A stretch of DNA of 64,000 nt from the human T2T-CHM13v2.0 reference genome, Homo sapiens, in the NCBI RefSeq assembly GCF_009914755.1, contig NC_060927.1. One strand, given 5' to 3'. Of the stretch, positions 1 through 15,133 are shown one piece after another. Each line of letters starts with the position of its first letter. Position 1 is the stretch's first letter. Made by a program: the position numbers and the translations under genes. The notes under the pieces were generated by a model that worked only from the letters and a program-made list of their open reading frames with translations, did not search any database and was not told the origin of the DNA.

Positions 1-520
1 ACCATATGACCTAGCAGTTTGACTCCCAGGTATATACCCAAGAGAAATGAAACCATTTATTTATACAAAAACTTGTGCATGAATGTTTATAACATTATTC
101 ATAATGGCCAAAAGATATAAACAACTCACATGCACATCATCTGATTAATGAATCAATAAAATATTGTATATCCATATACAGTGGGATATTATTCAGCCAT
201 AAAAAGGAATGGAGTACTGATATATGCTGTAGCATAAATGAACCTTGAAAACACCTTACATGGAAGAAGCCAGTGACAAAAGCCATGTATTACATGATTC
301 CATTTCTAGGAAATGTCTAGAAAATAGATCTATAGAGACAAAGTAGACTAGTGATTGCCAGGAACTGGGTGCAGGGAGGGAGAGGAATGGGAATGGGTAT
401 GGAGTTTTGGGAGGAGGTGTTGAAAATATTTTAAAATTTATTGTGGTGATGCTTATACAACTCTGAATATAAAATGTAAACTTCACACTTTACATATGTG
501 AATGGTATGCGAATAATATT
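1..520 (+). mobile_element. Old L1 (L1MB-like) 3' end
   Basis: accatatgacctagcag...ggtatatacccaagagaaatgaaa...tattattcagccataaaaaggaatg...gattgccagg motifs. Confidence 0.8.
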
Positions 521-859
521 GTTAAAAATCAGTATTGTTTTTAAAAATTCAAATATACAAAAGATTATAAACTTGCACCTGTTCATATAATGGATTTTTT
601 AGAAATTATACATGTCTCTGCTTTAAAATGTTTTAAACTATAAACAGAATGCTAGTTTATTTACCAAATGGAAATGGTTGCTAGTCATCAGTATTTTCTG
701 AGAGGCCCAATCTTTCTAGCATCTAGGTCCCTGAAGATAGCTAGAAAGTGTGCAGAGGTTGAGAGTAAGATCACAGGGTCTAGTCATGTGTTGAGGGGGC
801 ATATTTCCAGGCCCTCATGAAGCCCAGTGACTTTTCCCTGTGTCCAGATTATGTGTGCT

Positions 860-2401
<1,542 letters not shown>

Positions 2402-4222
2402 TAATAAGGAAATTTCTTGAAAGATTTTAAACTAGCTAGGGAACGTTAGTAATATGATAGGTACTATTTAGGCTGTATTTGCTGTTTTCTGCTTACATCA
2501 AGTAGCACTGAGGCGGGCATGGCACATTGAATAGGTTCCATGAACACTATCCATGACTAAGTCAGGACGCCGCCATTTAGAGCCCCATCAGCAAACTACA
2601 TCTGAGTAACTAATTTAACTGCCATTTTACACCTGGGTAAGAGCAGCAATTTACAACTTCTGTTTTTATTTTCTGTTGTTTTTTCTTTTAGGGGGAAGAG
2701 GTGGTTGATAAAGTATATTTATATGTGAGACTGACTAGTTTAAGTTTTTAAAAATTAGATTTGGTTCTTGGCAGAAGGATCTTGTTCAAGTAAGGAAAAC
2801 TCACTTCACTGCTGGAAATAACTTATTTACTTGTTTCTAATGGCCACTAGTATATGGCATCAGATTTGGGACATAGCTGTTGATTTGTGTATATATTGTA
2901 TGAATGTAATTCTTTATACTCATTATTTTCATTGTGTAATAGTTCCTTAGAAAGCAGATTTGGATATAGTTTGTTCATATCTGCTATATATTTATTTGCT
3001 TTATAACTATTTTGTAAATTTAATTTACATTATTTTCCTAGAAATTTAAAATCAAAATGTTCAAAACAGTATTGTAACAAGAATATTTTAAGATGACTTA
3101 AAAACACTGCTAAATAATTAAACTCTTAGCAATTTTGTTTCAGACATCTCCACTTTAATGTCAACTGCATGGGTCAACAAACTACTGTGGCCCCAGTCTG
3201 CCTATTTTTATAAGCAAAACCTTATTGGAATACAGCCACACTCATTACATTTAAGTTTCTGTCAGCCCTGGTGTAGAGGATTTTATCCCTTCGTTCCTGC
3301 AGACACCTAGATCTCAAAGAATTTCTCTTCTGTATCTTATTAAACTGGCCTGTGGGCTTTCTGTGTGTTTCATTTCCCTCTATAGCAAACTGTTTACTTC
3401 TTTGAGATTGGTCTTTTCTTTTTCTGCAACAGGATCGCAGTATGTGGTAGGGAAGTGATGCTGTCTGAAGGTGACATCCTGTTCTCCTCTCTTCTGTCCT
3501 CTCCATCCTTATTTTGGCCACCTGGTAATTGGGGGGGAGGGGTAGAATGCTAGTCTAAATTATAAAATGAAATTGCTTTAACTATTTCCCCTTTACTTGA
3601 AAAAGGGGGTTGGGGGTGATTCCTGCCTTGCAGTTGAGAAATAAAAGTTATCTAGCTTTCAGCACAATCTGTTTTGGGGTCATGGGATCTTTTGAGAATC
3701 AGAAGAAAGTTGTGGAGCCACTCCCTGGGGGGAAAATATATTCAGAAATATATTATTACAGAAATGAATCTTTGATCAGTTTTTAAACCTTGAAATACAA
3801 GTGACTTTACCAATGTATTCTAATATACTTGTTGGCAGCCACTTCTGATGTTAGAACTTTGAATATAGACATTTGAGAAAAATAATTGATTTTAAGTGTT
3901 CCCAAAGTAAATCACTGGTTCAGGATAGATCTATCTTAGTGTTCCCAAATTGTGAAAGGAAAGAGATTAAGCCCTTAATGTTGAAACGTGTGTCTCCCAA
4001 ATCTTGCTTTGTGCTTAGCAGTAGAGCTATGAAATTCCATTGATCAGAGGGCTTGTTTCTGACCTTGTCCTTTTTTCACTTTTGCACGAGCCCTGCCATT
4101 TGACCAGTGTGTCCTAAACTTTATTCATTGAGTGCTGTCTTCATAAGTTGGCCTTATCTGCACATTTCCTGATATTCTTTCAATGAACTCAGTTTTTAAA
4201 ATATATATTTTTTTAATTTTTT

Positions 4223-4327
4223 AAATATGGAACGACTCACAAATTTGCATGTCATCCTTGCACAAGGGCCATGCTAATCTTCTCTGTATCGTTCCACTGT
4301 TAGTATATGTGCTGCCAAAGTGAGCAC
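4223..4327 (-). pseudogene. Full-length U6 snRNA retropseudogene
   Basis: Reverse complement reads GTGCTCACTTTGGCAGCACATATACTAACAGTGGAACGATACAGAGAAGATTAGCATGGCCCTTGTGCAAGGATGACATGCAAATTTGTGAGTCGTTCCATATTT, i.e. U6 with CpG decay, followed by an A-rich tail. Confidence 0.95.
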
Positions 4328-4438
4328 CTAATTTTTTTGTAAAGACAAAGTGTTTCCTGGGCTAGTCCCAACTCCTGGGCTCAGGCGATCCTCCCATCTC
4401 AGCCTCTCAAAGTGCTGGCATTACAGGTGGGAGCCATT
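4328..4438 (-). mobile_element. Alu left-monomer/FLAM-like fragment
   Basis: ctcccatctcagcctctcaaagtgctggcattacaggtgggagcca is a diverged antisense Alu left arm. Confidence 0.8.
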
Positions 4439-4916
4439 AACTCACTTTTTAAAACTTAAATTTAAGCAAATAATTACTGTCTGTGAAATATGCGTTTCAT
4501 GTACTAATTCTTTTATATTCGCCACTTAAAGGATCATGTAAATATTGGGGGTTTTGTTTACCTAAAACCATCTTGTATCTTTTTAGAGGGCATCAAGTTC
4601 ATTTTGGGAAACATTCCCCTATGTACTGGAATTTTAAAGCTTTGATTTTGAACCAGAGTATGAATGGTGGAAGCTGCTTTAACTTGGAAATACCAGGGAA
4701 AAGGAGGGGTCATGGGATGGGTGGGTGCTGTCTGCTGAAATACCCCTTGCTTGGGCAAATTTATGTGTCCTGAATATGAGGATATTTGGCTATGTGCATG
4801 GCAAAGCTTGGGATCGTACCCTTGCAAGAACAGTTGGTTTGTTTTTTAACCTGGCCAAACATGCATACACACACACACGCACGTGCACATTTCATAAGTT
4901 TTATTTTCTTTTACAG

Positions 4917-5045
4917 GTTTGATCTTGCTCTTCTACCTAGTTTTTTATGGGTTCCTGGCTGCACTCTTCTCATTCACGATGTGGGTTATGCTTCAGACTC
5001 TCAACGATGAGGTTCCAAAATACCGTGACCAGATTCCTAGCCCAG
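4917..5045 (+). CDS. ATP1B3: Na+/K+-ATPase beta-3 subunit, exon 2 (transmembrane helix)
   Basis: Acceptor ttttacag|GT, donor CCAG|gtaat; 129 bp; encodes (G)[42 protein letters not shown], the beta-subunit TM segment. Exon 1 lies upstream of the window. Confidence 0.97.
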
Positions 5046-5066
5046 GTAATTATCTTGCAGTTATGA

Positions 5067-5411
<345 letters not shown>

Positions 5412-6000
5412 TAGTTTATCTTCACCATAAATCTGTTTTATATAGCAGATAGAAGATAGCTAAACCTTGGAGCTGAGTAATGTGAAGGTTTTAATTTTTG
5501 TTGTTGTTGTTTAATATTTACATACTGATTTAAAGACCTTCACATTTATATACTGATAAATCTTGAGAGTTTGAGTGGGTTTGTTTTGTTTGTTTTGGTT
5601 TCTTTTTTTTTTTGTCAGAAGTAAGCAAATGAATATTGAGAATTCTAGTAAAAGCCACGTTTGAAGAATATAGTTATAGTTATGAGTGACTTATGAGTAT
5701 CGTAGAGCAGTTTTACTTTGCCTTGAGTAATTAAGGTATATATTTTGGCACTAGCTTCAGTTAGAGCTTTGGACTTATAAAATACATACTTTGTCGTTCT
5801 AAATGGTTAGTTATGAAATTGGTAAGTTGTTAAATAATGATACCTCATAGAGAACAAAATGAATATACTCTTCATATGTTTAATTCTTCTTGATTTTCTT
5901 CTGGAAAAAAAATTCATTATACAGGAGAATGTATGCAGTAAAAAACTGAAACATCTAAACCACATTTTCTACCTCCTGATTTTATTCTTTTTAAACAGTC

Positions 6001-6554
<554 letters not shown>

Positions 6555-6574
6555 TAGCAGGTTTCTCTCTAGAG

Positions 6575-6760
6575 CAGTGGTTTTCAACCACTGAGTCATA
6601 TGGCAGCGTCTGGAAATATTTTTGGTTGTTACAGCTAGAGAGGTGGTACTGTGAATAGAGGCCAGGGATGTTGCTAAACATCCTACAGTGCATAGGGCAA
6701 CCCCCACAACAAAGAATTATTCAGCCCAAAATGCCAATAATGCTGAGATGGAAGTGCCCT
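6575..6760. mobile_element. MER20 (hAT-Charlie) DNA transposon
   Basis: cagtggttttcaacc...gaggccagggatgttgctaaacatcctacagtgcataggg...aaagaattattcagcccaaaatgccaata. Confidence 0.8.
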
Positions 6761-7219
6761 TATCTAGATCCTTGCTCACTGTATAGACTTCTGAGCTATA
6801 TCACCAGCCAAACTGAACTAATTGTCTCAACCATTTTTTTTCCTAGAACAATTTTTTTCTAATGATTTCTTTTGTTTACAGCTAATCTTAGTCTAAATGT
6901 CTTGAATAACTCTTTTAAAACTCTTAGTGTATTGGAGCAAGTGTCAGAGATTAGTTCCATGCTACTTTTCCTTCATCTCTCATTGTAGCACTGTTTTTTT
7001 CTACCTCAGACTAATTCTAAGATTATTCTTTACTTGCTATTTAAGTGATGTGACTTACCATTGAACATAGTCTGATCTATTCAAAAACACTGAACTCTGT
7101 TTATAATTGCATGAAATATATAAGCATATGTGTTAAATATTTTTAAGTACACAGTTTTTAAACTGAGTTTCTTAAAATTATTTGTCGATTATTTTAGTAC
7201 TTAAAGTATCATTAGTTTA

Positions 7220-7410
7220 AATAAATATACATGCATACACATGTACATATAATACATATATATTACATATGGGACATATTAAACATTTCCTTATTTAATA
7301 TATCACATGTACATGTAATACATATATAATATGTATTTATGTGTTGTATATTATATACATATAATATGTATTATATGTACATGTGTGATATATTAAATAT
7401 GGGAATGTTT
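7220..7410. repeat. TA/CATA-rich low-complexity tract containing an imperfect palindrome
   Basis: Arms 7281-7335 and about 7356-7410 are near reverse complements. Confidence 0.8.
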
Positions 7411-7461
7411 GAAGGCTAGAGAAAATTTTAGGATTGTTTTAAAGCCTATGTGCAAGGTTGA

Positions 7462-7780
<319 letters not shown>

Positions 7781-8463
7781 TAATGCTTTTTAAACAAGGA
7801 AAACTTACATTAAAGTTGGAAGCCTGATTGCTTGCCTTATCTTCATTAGTAAGCTTAAGCAACATGGTCTGTATTACATGGGTGTCAACTTCTGATAGGA
7901 AATTGTTGGTGGTTATACTCCAAATTCAGTATGTGAAAACCACATTTTAATTACAGAGCAATATCTGCTATTGAAGGAAGAATATTTGCCATAAAGTTTA
8001 AAATGCATAGACCTTTTTCATTGAAAAGGAGTTAGCTGTCTTATGAATGTTTCCATACAATTTAAATGACAAAAGTACGTAGGCTTTGATTTGCTCAAAT
8101 TTTTTTCCTTGTATTAATGGCACATTGACAAAACCTAAAAATGTTATTTGATTTTTTAAAAATGCATATAGAAAGTTCAAAGTAAAATTGCATCTTTTAA
8201 AAAGGAAGATTATAATTAACTGTAGATAACCAAATTTAGGGACAGTTTCTAATCGGTAATGTCTGAGATGGTTTTGAAGGTTTGAGTTATTTTTAATTTT
8301 AGATGTCTATGCCTTCATAATTAGAATTGGGAAGTTCTTGATAGTTTCAGCATACTGTCAACACAATTTTCCATGTAATTTGCTGAGATCTGCTTTTTAG
8401 AGATAAGAGGAAGGAAAAGAAGAGAAGGAAATTTGATAATCTCTCCCTTTTATGTCTTTATAG

Positions 8464-8571
8464 GACTCATGGTTTTTCCAAAACCAGTGACCGCATTGGA
8501 ATATACATTCAGTAGGTCTGATCCAACTTCGTATGCAGGGTACATTGAAGACCTTAAGAAGTTTCTAAAAC
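8464..8571 (+). CDS. ATP1B3: ATP1B3 exon 3
   Basis: tttatag|GA...AAAC|gtgagt; 108 bp; (G)[35 protein letters not shown]; phase matches exon 2. Confidence 0.97.
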
Positions 8572-8634
8572 GTGAGTATGTTTTCTTAGAGTAAGGTCAG
8601 AGATTTTAGTTATAGAAATTAGTACCAAATTGTG

Positions 8635-8951
<317 letters not shown>

Positions 8952-9365
8952 GAGTCCCAAGTTGTGATTACATTTAGACACATCATTCTTAGAATGTGTA
9001 TTACCTTCTATTTCCTTCTGTTAAGCAGACAACTGAGCAAGTGCATTTTATAATTACTTGTGAGACTGTTCTAACTATAGAAAGACACAGGGGCTTACTC
9101 ATGGGTAGTAGATTTGATTTTTCTGTCTTATAATAAGGACACTAAATTTCTTGAAATGTAACATTTATTCTGCATTAAAACTAAATATTTTAATTAATAG
9201 AGCAAATCTATATTTTATGAAATAGTGTCTCTGAGGACTTGGATTTTTTTTTGCCATTTTATTTTATTTCTTTTTTTTTGTAGCTGATATACATTTATGT
9301 TGAATTTGAAATAGGTCAGTATAGTTATTGAGAAGGAAGAATCTTTTTTTTTGTGCCAGGCATTC

Positions 9366-9431
9366 TTTTTTTTTTTTTTTTTTTTTATTATACTTTAAGT
9401 TCTAGGGTACGTGTGCACAACGTGCAGGTTT
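9366..9431 (-). mobile_element. Very short L1PA 3' terminus with poly(A)
   Basis: T-run followed by attatactttaagttctagggtacgtgtgcacaacgtgcaggttt. Confidence 0.85.
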
Positions 9432-10579
9432 CCAATGTAGTGCTTGCTTGGGGGATGGGAAATTATGTTTATTATTTTAAAGTTATGTCTGTGTCTGATT
9501 TTTAATACATCCGTTTTTCAAAGTTACCAGTTTGTAACGCTCTTTGATAGCCATCCTAGCCCAGTTTTTCCTCCTGTTTTGCTTGGCCGAGCCATTTATG
9601 TGAATGGTGTTAACAGTCACATGAGTAATCATCGAATGTCCTGGCCTGCTGGTTCATGATCAGCTCATCTCTTCCTCAGCCACAGACACCTGCAACTGCT
9701 CCCTAGAACATTACTTTATCTCATCTCCCACCCCGTCTTCCCTTTTATGTAGCTTAATTCCATGGTTGTTATTTCATTTTTACTTTTACTGGTGCTCTAA
9801 AATCCCAGACCTCTCAGTCTTCATGTCACACCCTGTGGGAGTACCCCACTCCTGGATAAAGCCATATAATTACTGGATGTAGCTCATCCTTCTGTGCCCC
9901 TGCCCCTGAGCAGATACTGAGCAGGACTAATTAGCACTGTGAGTACTTGAGCACCTCCCTCAAATGGACTTGCTTAACTGCCTGGTAATCCTATGGAATT
10001 TCTCTGGATAATTCTCTGAAAGGATTATTTCCAACTTTCACTCAAGCCTCTAACCCCTTACCTTTTTCCTTACAACTCACTCTCTTCATATAACCTGATT
10101 TCTTGCTTCAAGAGATAATAGAAGAACTCAGATGGGAGCTCCTCCAGTTTCCCCATTACCAGTAAAACAAATCTACAATGGCAGCCATTTTGTCTGTCAC
10201 ATTCTTCCTGCTCTGACTGGGGGCTGCCCTTCCTTTCACCTGAGGCCACCTGTGTCACTCCTGCTTTGGATCTCATCCTCTCTCAGTGTCTCAGAAACAT
10301 ACTGTGTACTCTCTCTTCTTGTGTGTATTTAGCCTTTCTGTCTGTATTGGATCCTTCCTGTCAACTTGAAAAAATCTTCAACTCTCTCCTATCTTAAACC
10401 AAAAGCTGCTTCTGATCCCACATTATCTACTAGCTGTCTTCCTAAGTCTCTTTTCCTTGACAGTTAAATATGTACTCATTATTTAAAAAAGACTTTTGTG
10501 AAAGTATTATCCGTGGTTTAATAGCTTTAAAAGGTCTGCAATGAAGTGTTCCCTGCCCTCCTCCCTTCCAGCAGAAGTC

Positions 10580-11260
10580 CTATTAATTTATTGACATATT
10601 TTTTGAGGGCCTGCTTTGTGGCAGGCACTCATTTGGGTTCCAGCAATGAACAGAAGAAAAATTCCTGTCTTTCTGGAGCTTAGACTCATGGTGAATTAGA
10701 AGATAGTACATCCTGAGGGGGAAAATAAAACAGAAAAAGGAGATAGGGTAAGTTGGGAAGGATTGTGGTTTTTACATGCAGAGTGGTCTGGGAAAGCCTT
10801 ATGGAAAGGGAACCTTGAGGGAAGAGCTGAAGGAGGTGAAAGAACTAGCCCTGGAAATGTCCAGCACAGGAAGCAGTAGGTGCAAAGGCCCTGAGGCTTA
10901 TGGTGCTGATGTGTTGAAGATTCATCAAGGAAGTGAGAGGGGCTGAATGGAGTGAGCCAGGGGAGAGCAGTAGGAGACTGAGGTTAGGGAGTTAAAGGAG
11001 ATCCAGACTGTAGGTCCTTAGAACCCATTGTTAAGTTCTTTGGCTTTTACAGTGACCATGATGAGGGATTTTAAGCAGTGAACAATAACATGATCTAATT
11101 CAAATTTTTAAAGGATCCTGCAGGCTTCTCTTTGAAACTAGACTAGAAGGGGGGAATTGGGGAAGCCAGTTAGGCTATTACAATAATCTAGGTAAGTGGA
11201 GATGGTGGCTTGGCAAGGGAGAGAGCAATGAAGGTTGTGAAAAATAGTCTGATTCTGGAC
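10580..11260 (-). mobile_element. L2 fragment
   Basis: gcctgctttgtggcaggcact...tgcaaaggccctgagg...ggattttaagcag...aagccagttaggctattacaataatctagg are typical L2 motifs. Confidence 0.7.
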
Positions 11261-11264
11261 ACAT

Positions 11265-11570
11265 TTCTTTTTTCTTTCTTTCCTTTGTCTATTTGTCTGA
11301 GATGGGGTCTCTCTCTGTCACCCAGTGGCACAATCACAGCTCACTGCAGCCTCAGTCTCCTGGGCTCAAGTGATCCTCCTGCCTCAGCCTCTTGAGTAGT
11401 TAGGAATACAGGCTCACATCATCACGCCTGGCTAATTTTTTAATTTTTTGTAGAGCTGGGGTCTTGCTATGTTGCCCAGGCTGGTCTTGAACTCTTGGCC
11501 TCAAGTGATCCACCTGCCTCCGCCTCCCAAAGTGCTGGGATTACAGGCGTGAGTTACAGTAGCACCTGGC
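11265..11570 (-). mobile_element. Alu (J-like)
   Basis: Diverged antisense dimer. Confidence 0.9.
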
Positions 11571-11599
11571 CTTTGGATGTGTTTTTGATAGGGAATTAA

Positions 11600-12700
11600 C
11601 TTCATGCTTCTGAACTTTTTCTTACGGTGTTTTTCTTCCATATCTATAAATATTACACTTTTCCTGCTGGTTCTTGACTTTTTACTTTTCTACATTATCA
11701 CTTTTCTTTATTAATTATTATTTATCACTTTTATACATTTTCTTAGTTCACATGTCTCAGACCTTCCCTCCTTTCTCAACTCAATAATAATTGATTTACT
11801 ATTTTTAGTTTCATTATTGGTTGCCTTTTTATACTTGGTCTTTATATCTTCTTTTATCATCTATAGATACTCTCTTCTGACTTCCTTATTTGTAAACTAT
11901 CATTTGAGGTATTTTCTTGAGTCTCTTTTCTGGAAAACTCCTTCCTGGAGCCCTTTCCCTCCTGCTGCACTCTACTGTTTCTACATCAGCCTTTTACTCC
12001 CAACTGTCCTTTGGGGAACTTCCTTTTACCACTTTCTTTAGTTGGACCCACTGTTTCTTGGCTCTTGCCCTGCCCCCCCCCTTTTTTTTAATTATTTTTA
12101 TTTTTTCTCTTAATTTACTCCTTAGTTTTGATGGAGTACATTCTCAAGTAATTTTATAAGAAAAGACACCTGAAATGTAAATTTGAACCCTTTTATTTCT
12201 GAAAATGGCTTATTTCTGCCTTTATATTTGCTAGTTTATCTCCATATAGAACTCAGTTCTTTGTAATTTGCCTTTTCTCTTCTCTGAAAGTTTTTCATTT
12301 TTTTTTTCAATTTTCTTTATCTCTTTTGGATTCTAAAATTTCTATCTGGATTTCTGTCTCTAAAGTATTTTGCTGAGACTTGACTGCAGGTTTTTCAGGA
12401 TGAAGACTTAAGTTCTTCAGTTCAGGGGAATTATCCTCTGTTACCACTTTGATAATTTCCTCAACTCAATTTTCTGGTTTTCTCTTTCTAGAACTATTCT
12501 GTTTGTTGGGTCTTAGACCTCTTGTTTTTCTCTTACTTTGTTTTTACTTAATTAGACTTTCTGGGGGTTTACTTTAATTTTCAACTCCTTTTTGGTTTTT
12601 AAAACGTTCGACTGCTGTCAATCCTTATGCCCTCCTTTTTCATGTTTGAAAGATACTATAATATATCTGGTTAAAAAATAATGTCTTCTCTATTTTTTTT
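11600..12700 (-). mobile_element. Ancient L1M fragments
   Basis: T-rich decayed sequence with ttcagttcaggggaattatcctctgttaccactttgataatttcc-type L1M motifs. Confidence 0.45.
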
Positions 12701-12789
12701 CCTGCAGATACTAATTGGACTTAAAAAGTTTTATTTTGTTCCAATTATCTCTTTCCTTTAGGGTCATTCATTCCTCCAGTTATCTTGGT

Positions 12790-13092
12790 CTTTTTTTTTT
12801 TTTTTCTTCATTGAGACAGTCTTACTCTGTTGCCCAGGCTGGAGTACAATGGCTTGTTCTCAGCTCACTGCAACCACCGCCTCCTGGGTTCAAGCGACCC
12901 TCATGCCTCAGCCTTCCAAGCAGCTAGGATTACAGGTTTGCGCCACCACACCTGGCTAATTTTTGTATTTTTAGTAGAGACAGGGTTTCACCATGTTGGC
13001 CAGGCTGGCCTCAAACTCCTAGCCTCAAGTAATCTGCCCATCTCAGCCTCCCAAAGTGCTGGGATTTCAGGCATGAGCCACTGCGCTCGGCC
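12790..13092 (-). mobile_element. Alu
   Basis: Antisense dimer with TSD ttggtcttt. Confidence 0.92.
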
Positions 13093-13563
13093 TTTGGTCT
13101 TTCTTATTTTAGGCGTTCTTCAGATGCATAGGGCTCCTTGGTTACTCTGGGGTCAGTGACCTTTCTATGTTCCCATCGTGCCTTCTGCATAATCTTACTG
13201 GTCATCACACAGTTCCTTACACTTAATAGTATGGAAGTGGAAGTCAGCATAATAAAAAAGCAAGGTCACTGATGAACTGACCTATACCAACAGAGTCTAT
13301 GCAGTAGAAGCCCTTGGGGAAATTGGTGAAGGGCTTATTTTTTTGCAAAGTGTTGGATGTCATGATGCTGTTTTGTTATAAAGTTTATCTCTGGCCCCAC
13401 AAAATACCTGAATCATTCTTTGCTTTTAAATGAGTACATAGTCCCACAGTAACCTAGTTTCTGGTAAGTATAAGATGAAACCAAACATTTTGACAGTGAT
13501 TTTTTCCCCCAAGGTAGAGACTTTACACTTCCTTTTTGAGGCATACTCTTTGAAATTTGGTTC

Positions 13564-13857
13564 TTATTTATTTATTTATTTATTTATTTGAGATGGAGCC
13601 TCACTCTGTCGCCCAGGCTGGAGTGCAGTGGCAACCTCCGCCCTCTGAGTTCAAGCGATTCTCCTGCCTCAGTAGAATCCGAGTAGCTGGGATTACAGGC
13701 ACCTGCCACCGCACCCAGCTAATTTTTTTGTGTATTTTTAGTAGAGTCGTGGTTTCACCATCTTGGCCAGGCTGGTCTTGAACTCTTCATCTCGTGATCC
13801 ACCCGCCTCGGCCTCCCAAAGTGCTGGGATTACAGGCATGAGCCACTGCGCCTGGCC
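13564..13857 (-). mobile_element. Alu (Sc-like) with (TTTA)n tail
   Basis: Antisense dimer with TSD tggttctta. Confidence 0.92.
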
Positions 13858-13919
13858 TGGTTCTTACTTTCATTGAATTCAATACCTTTTTCTGGTACCA
13901 ATTGCACCCACACACCAAT

Positions 13920-14680
13920 AGTTCTTCCTGAGGCACTGTTATATCATATGTTAATTATTTATTAGTAAGCATTGTCCACTAGATTAAGTTAATTGAGGGC
14001 AGGGGTCACATCAGGCTTGCTCACTTTGTGCCTCTTGGGCTAAACACTGTGCCAAGTACGGAGCAGAATTGTATTGTCTGTTGCATATTTCTCCTCCCTC
14101 TTCCCTCCCATTACCAAGTTCTAACCATTTTACTCCTTTATCACTGTAAACTCCATCTCTGCTAAAAACCCCCTTCTATGAGCTAGTCTCTCACCTGGGC
14201 GGCTTTAATAGTCTCCTAACTTGTTTTCCGGATCCTTTCTTTTTCCCTTCTGGACTGACTCCACAGAAAAGTCAGAGTTAATTTCCTAAGTATGTTCATA
14301 CTATCCACTTGCCCTGGTTTAAAACATTTTAGTGGATTGTTAATTGATGTTTGGCAAAACACCCACCCACACCCCTCAAAATTCTTTAACATAGTTTACA
14401 AGACTCTATATGGTCTGGCTTCTACCTTCCTTCATTGGAAGTGCTTCTCCTAGCTTCATTAACTCCCACATACCCTTCTGCATTCAGCTCAGTTGCTTTT
14501 TTTTTTTTTAGTGTAGGTTGTCATAACACTACATCTTCATACCTCTGCAATTCTGATTTTATACTCACTTAATGACTCTCTTCCCCACAAAACCGTAAGC
14601 TCCATGAGGGCAGCAGCAGTGCCTTTTTACATCCTCTCCATTGTATCACCAAGCATGCAGAAGGCATTCAGATAATGCTT
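13920..14680 (+). mobile_element. L2 3' fragments
   Basis: gtaagctccatgagggcag and ttgagggcaggggtcacatc motifs. Confidence 0.5.
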
Positions 14681-14948
14681 TAGCCATGGCTGGTACTGCC
14701 ACCTAATGGTGACAGAAGAGATGGATCTATAATCCAGTTTGTATGATTATTGAAATGCAGTAACTTTAGAGAACTAGTTAGCTGTTAAAAGGTAAAGGGG
14801 CAAACTTAACATTCTTTCCCTAAAGTTATCTGGTAATTTACATTGCTGTTTTTGTCTTTGAAGAACATTTTCCAAAGGTTAATATATTCCTGGTTGTTTT
14901 TAGTACCTTTTTTGGCTGATCTAGCACACATATATGTTTCCTTTTTAG

Positions 14949-15133
14949 CATATACTTTAGAAGAACAGAAGAACCTCACAGTCTGTCCTGATGGAGCACT
15001 TTTTGAACAGAAGGGTCCAGTTTATGTTGCATGTCAGTTTCCTATTTCATTACTTCAAGCATGCAGTGGTATGAATGATCCTGATTTTGGCTATTCTCAA
15101 GGAAACCCTTGTATTCTTGTGAAAATGAACAGA
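14949..15133 (+). CDS. ATP1B3: ATP1B3 exon 4
   Basis: ctttttag|CA...AGA|gtacgt; 185 bp; (P)[15 protein letters not shown]...ACQF...CSG...[16 protein letters not shown] with conserved beta-subunit cysteines. Confidence 0.97.

Noticed and set aside
4223-4327. Functional U6 gene
   Set aside because: Multiple substitutions, an A-rich tail, and Alu sequence where the upstream PSE/TATA promoter should be.
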